Source: an uncultured Verrucomicrobiae bacterium
GTDB lineage: Bacteria; Verrucomicrobiota; Verrucomicrobiia; Limisphaerales; Palsa-1400
Direction: 5' to 3'
Assembly: GCA_963702845.1 (NCBI GenBank)
Contig: OY969763.1
Location: 5,664,001 to 5,728,000, forward strand
Length of the DNA stretch: 64,000 nucleotides
Made by a program: the position numbers and the translations under genes. Position 1 is the stretch's first letter. The number at the start of each line of letters is the position of its first letter. Shown here piece by piece: positions 62,987 to 64,000 of this stretch. Under the pieces are notes generated by a model. It ran no database searches and was not told the DNA's origin. It saw nothing but the letters and a program-made list of their open reading frames with translations.

Positions 62987-64000
62987 TTCCTTTCCAACCC
63001 GGACCGCGCACGACTCGCCCAGGCATCGCGCCGGTGTGTTCACTATTCCTGATGACCTGAACGCCATTGACGAAAACGTGCTGCACGCCGGTGGCGAATT
63101 GTTGCGGATTTTCATATGTGGCGTGGTCCTGGATGCGCGCGGGATCGAACACCACGATGTCAGCGAAATAACCCCGCTTCAGCAAACCACGCTTTTTCAA
63201 ATGCAAGTTCTCGGCGGGCAGGCCACTGAGTCGACGGACAGCTTGTTCGAGCGGCAGCAAGTTTTCGTCGCGCGAATATTTGCCGAGCACGCGCGCGAAA
63301 TTTCCGTAAGCGCGCGGGTGCGGATGGGATTTTAGGAATGCACCTTCGGGCGCCATTGAGCCGGCGTCGGAACCGAAGCTGATCCAGGGAGTCTGTATTT
63401 CTTTGCGAACGTTTTTCTCATCCATCAGAAAATAAACAGTGTCCACGCGACTGTTGTCTTCAATCACCATGTCCATGGCAGCGTCTTCCGGCGAAGTGCC
63501 GCGCAGCTTCGCGACTTCAGCGAGCGTTTTGCCGGTGAGCGGTTTGAGCTTCGGATTTTTGAAGCCGCATAAAATAATTTTGTCCGGCGAACCTGCGGCC
63601 AAAAAAAAGTTTTCCCATTTATCGCTCGGCGTATCCATTTCCGATTTGACGCGCCTGCGAATTTCGGGATCGCGCAGGCGCTTGATCCATTCGCTCAACC
63701 CGCCTTCCTGGACCCACGGCGGCATCGCGGCGTCCAAGCCGGTTTCAGCGGCGGTGTAGGTATACATGTCGGCGGTGATGCGCAGGCCAGATTTGCGCGC
63801 GGCTTCGATTTTGGCAATGAGCTCGTCCATCTTTCCCCAATTCTTTTGGCCGGCGGCTTTGATGTGATAAATCTCCGCGGGAACATGCGCCGCGCGCGAA
63901 ATGGTAATGAGTTCGTCCGCCGCTTCCAGCAACTGGTTACCTTCACTGCGCATGTGCGAGATGTAATTGCCGCCGTACTTCGACGCTACCTTGCAGAGTT
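62982..64000 (-). CDS. N-acyl-D-amino-acid deacylase (D-aminoacylase), 5'-truncated
   Basis: YISHMRSEG, EIYHIK, ADMYTY.A, GSDA, HPRAYGNFARVLGKY, G.FADIVVFDP; frame is open to the window end. Confidence 0.92.
   Translation of the reverse strand, partial: LCKVASKYGGNYISHMRSEGNQLLEAADELITISRAAHVPAEIYHIKAAGQKNWGKMDELIAKIEAARKSGLRITADMYTYTAAETGLDAAMPPWVQEGGLSEWIKRLRDPEIRRRVKSEMDTPSDKWENFFLAAGSPDKIILCGFKNPKLKPLTGKTLAEVAKLRGTSPEDAAMDMVIEDNSRVDTVYFLMDEKNVRKEIQTPWISFGSDAGSMAPEGAFLKSHPHPRAYGNFARVLGKYSRDENLLPLEQAVRRLSGLPAENLHLKKRGLLKRGYFADIVVFDPARIQDHATYENPQQFATGVQHVFVNGVQVIRNSEHTGAMPGRVVRGPGWKGR

Overview
Bacterial chromosomal segment of moderate GC. The gene content points to Verrucomicrobiota, probably Pedosphaerales-like (inference from PSD1/DUF1501 pairs, an H-X9-DG pseudopilin, many sulfatases and giant Ig-rich surface proteins). 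(1) 1-33.8 kb holds four giant modular secreted proteins: two with autotransporter-type beta-strand repeats and two paralogous SpoIID/LytB-SH3b-FN3 proteins. It also holds two sulfatases, a Tat phosphatase, a phosphodiester glycosidase, a propeller/Y_Y_Y histidine kinase with a NarL-type regulator, and a pseudopilin. A previously unannotated 7-2-7 palindrome (TCRCTCA-N2-YGRGYGA) recurs upstream of five or six of these genes, each time 22-24 bp before a -10-like hexamer. This suggests one two-component regulon for a cell-surface, peptidoglycan/glycan-attacking system, and is the main candidate novel system. (2) 34-38.4 kb holds tRNA-Lys(CTT), an OYE reductase, a tautomerase, a sulfatase and nth. 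(3) 38.5-57.7 kb holds three DUF1549/DUF1553 (PSD1) cytochrome + DUF1501 pairs, the first broken by about 15 frameshifts (probably long-read error). It also holds a scar region with a phosphoketolase tail remnant, DUF2314 and a GH92. (4) 57.7-64 kb holds a TPR protein, a hydrazine-synthase-alpha-like heme protein, tRNA-Gly(CCC), a hypothetical protein, fabI and a partial D-aminoacylase. Long intergenic regions carry short-period (7-10 and 21 bp) tandem arrays and REP-like hairpins. No CRISPR, rRNA, integrase or transposase was seen. All family assignments come from motif recognition by eye, not from database searches.
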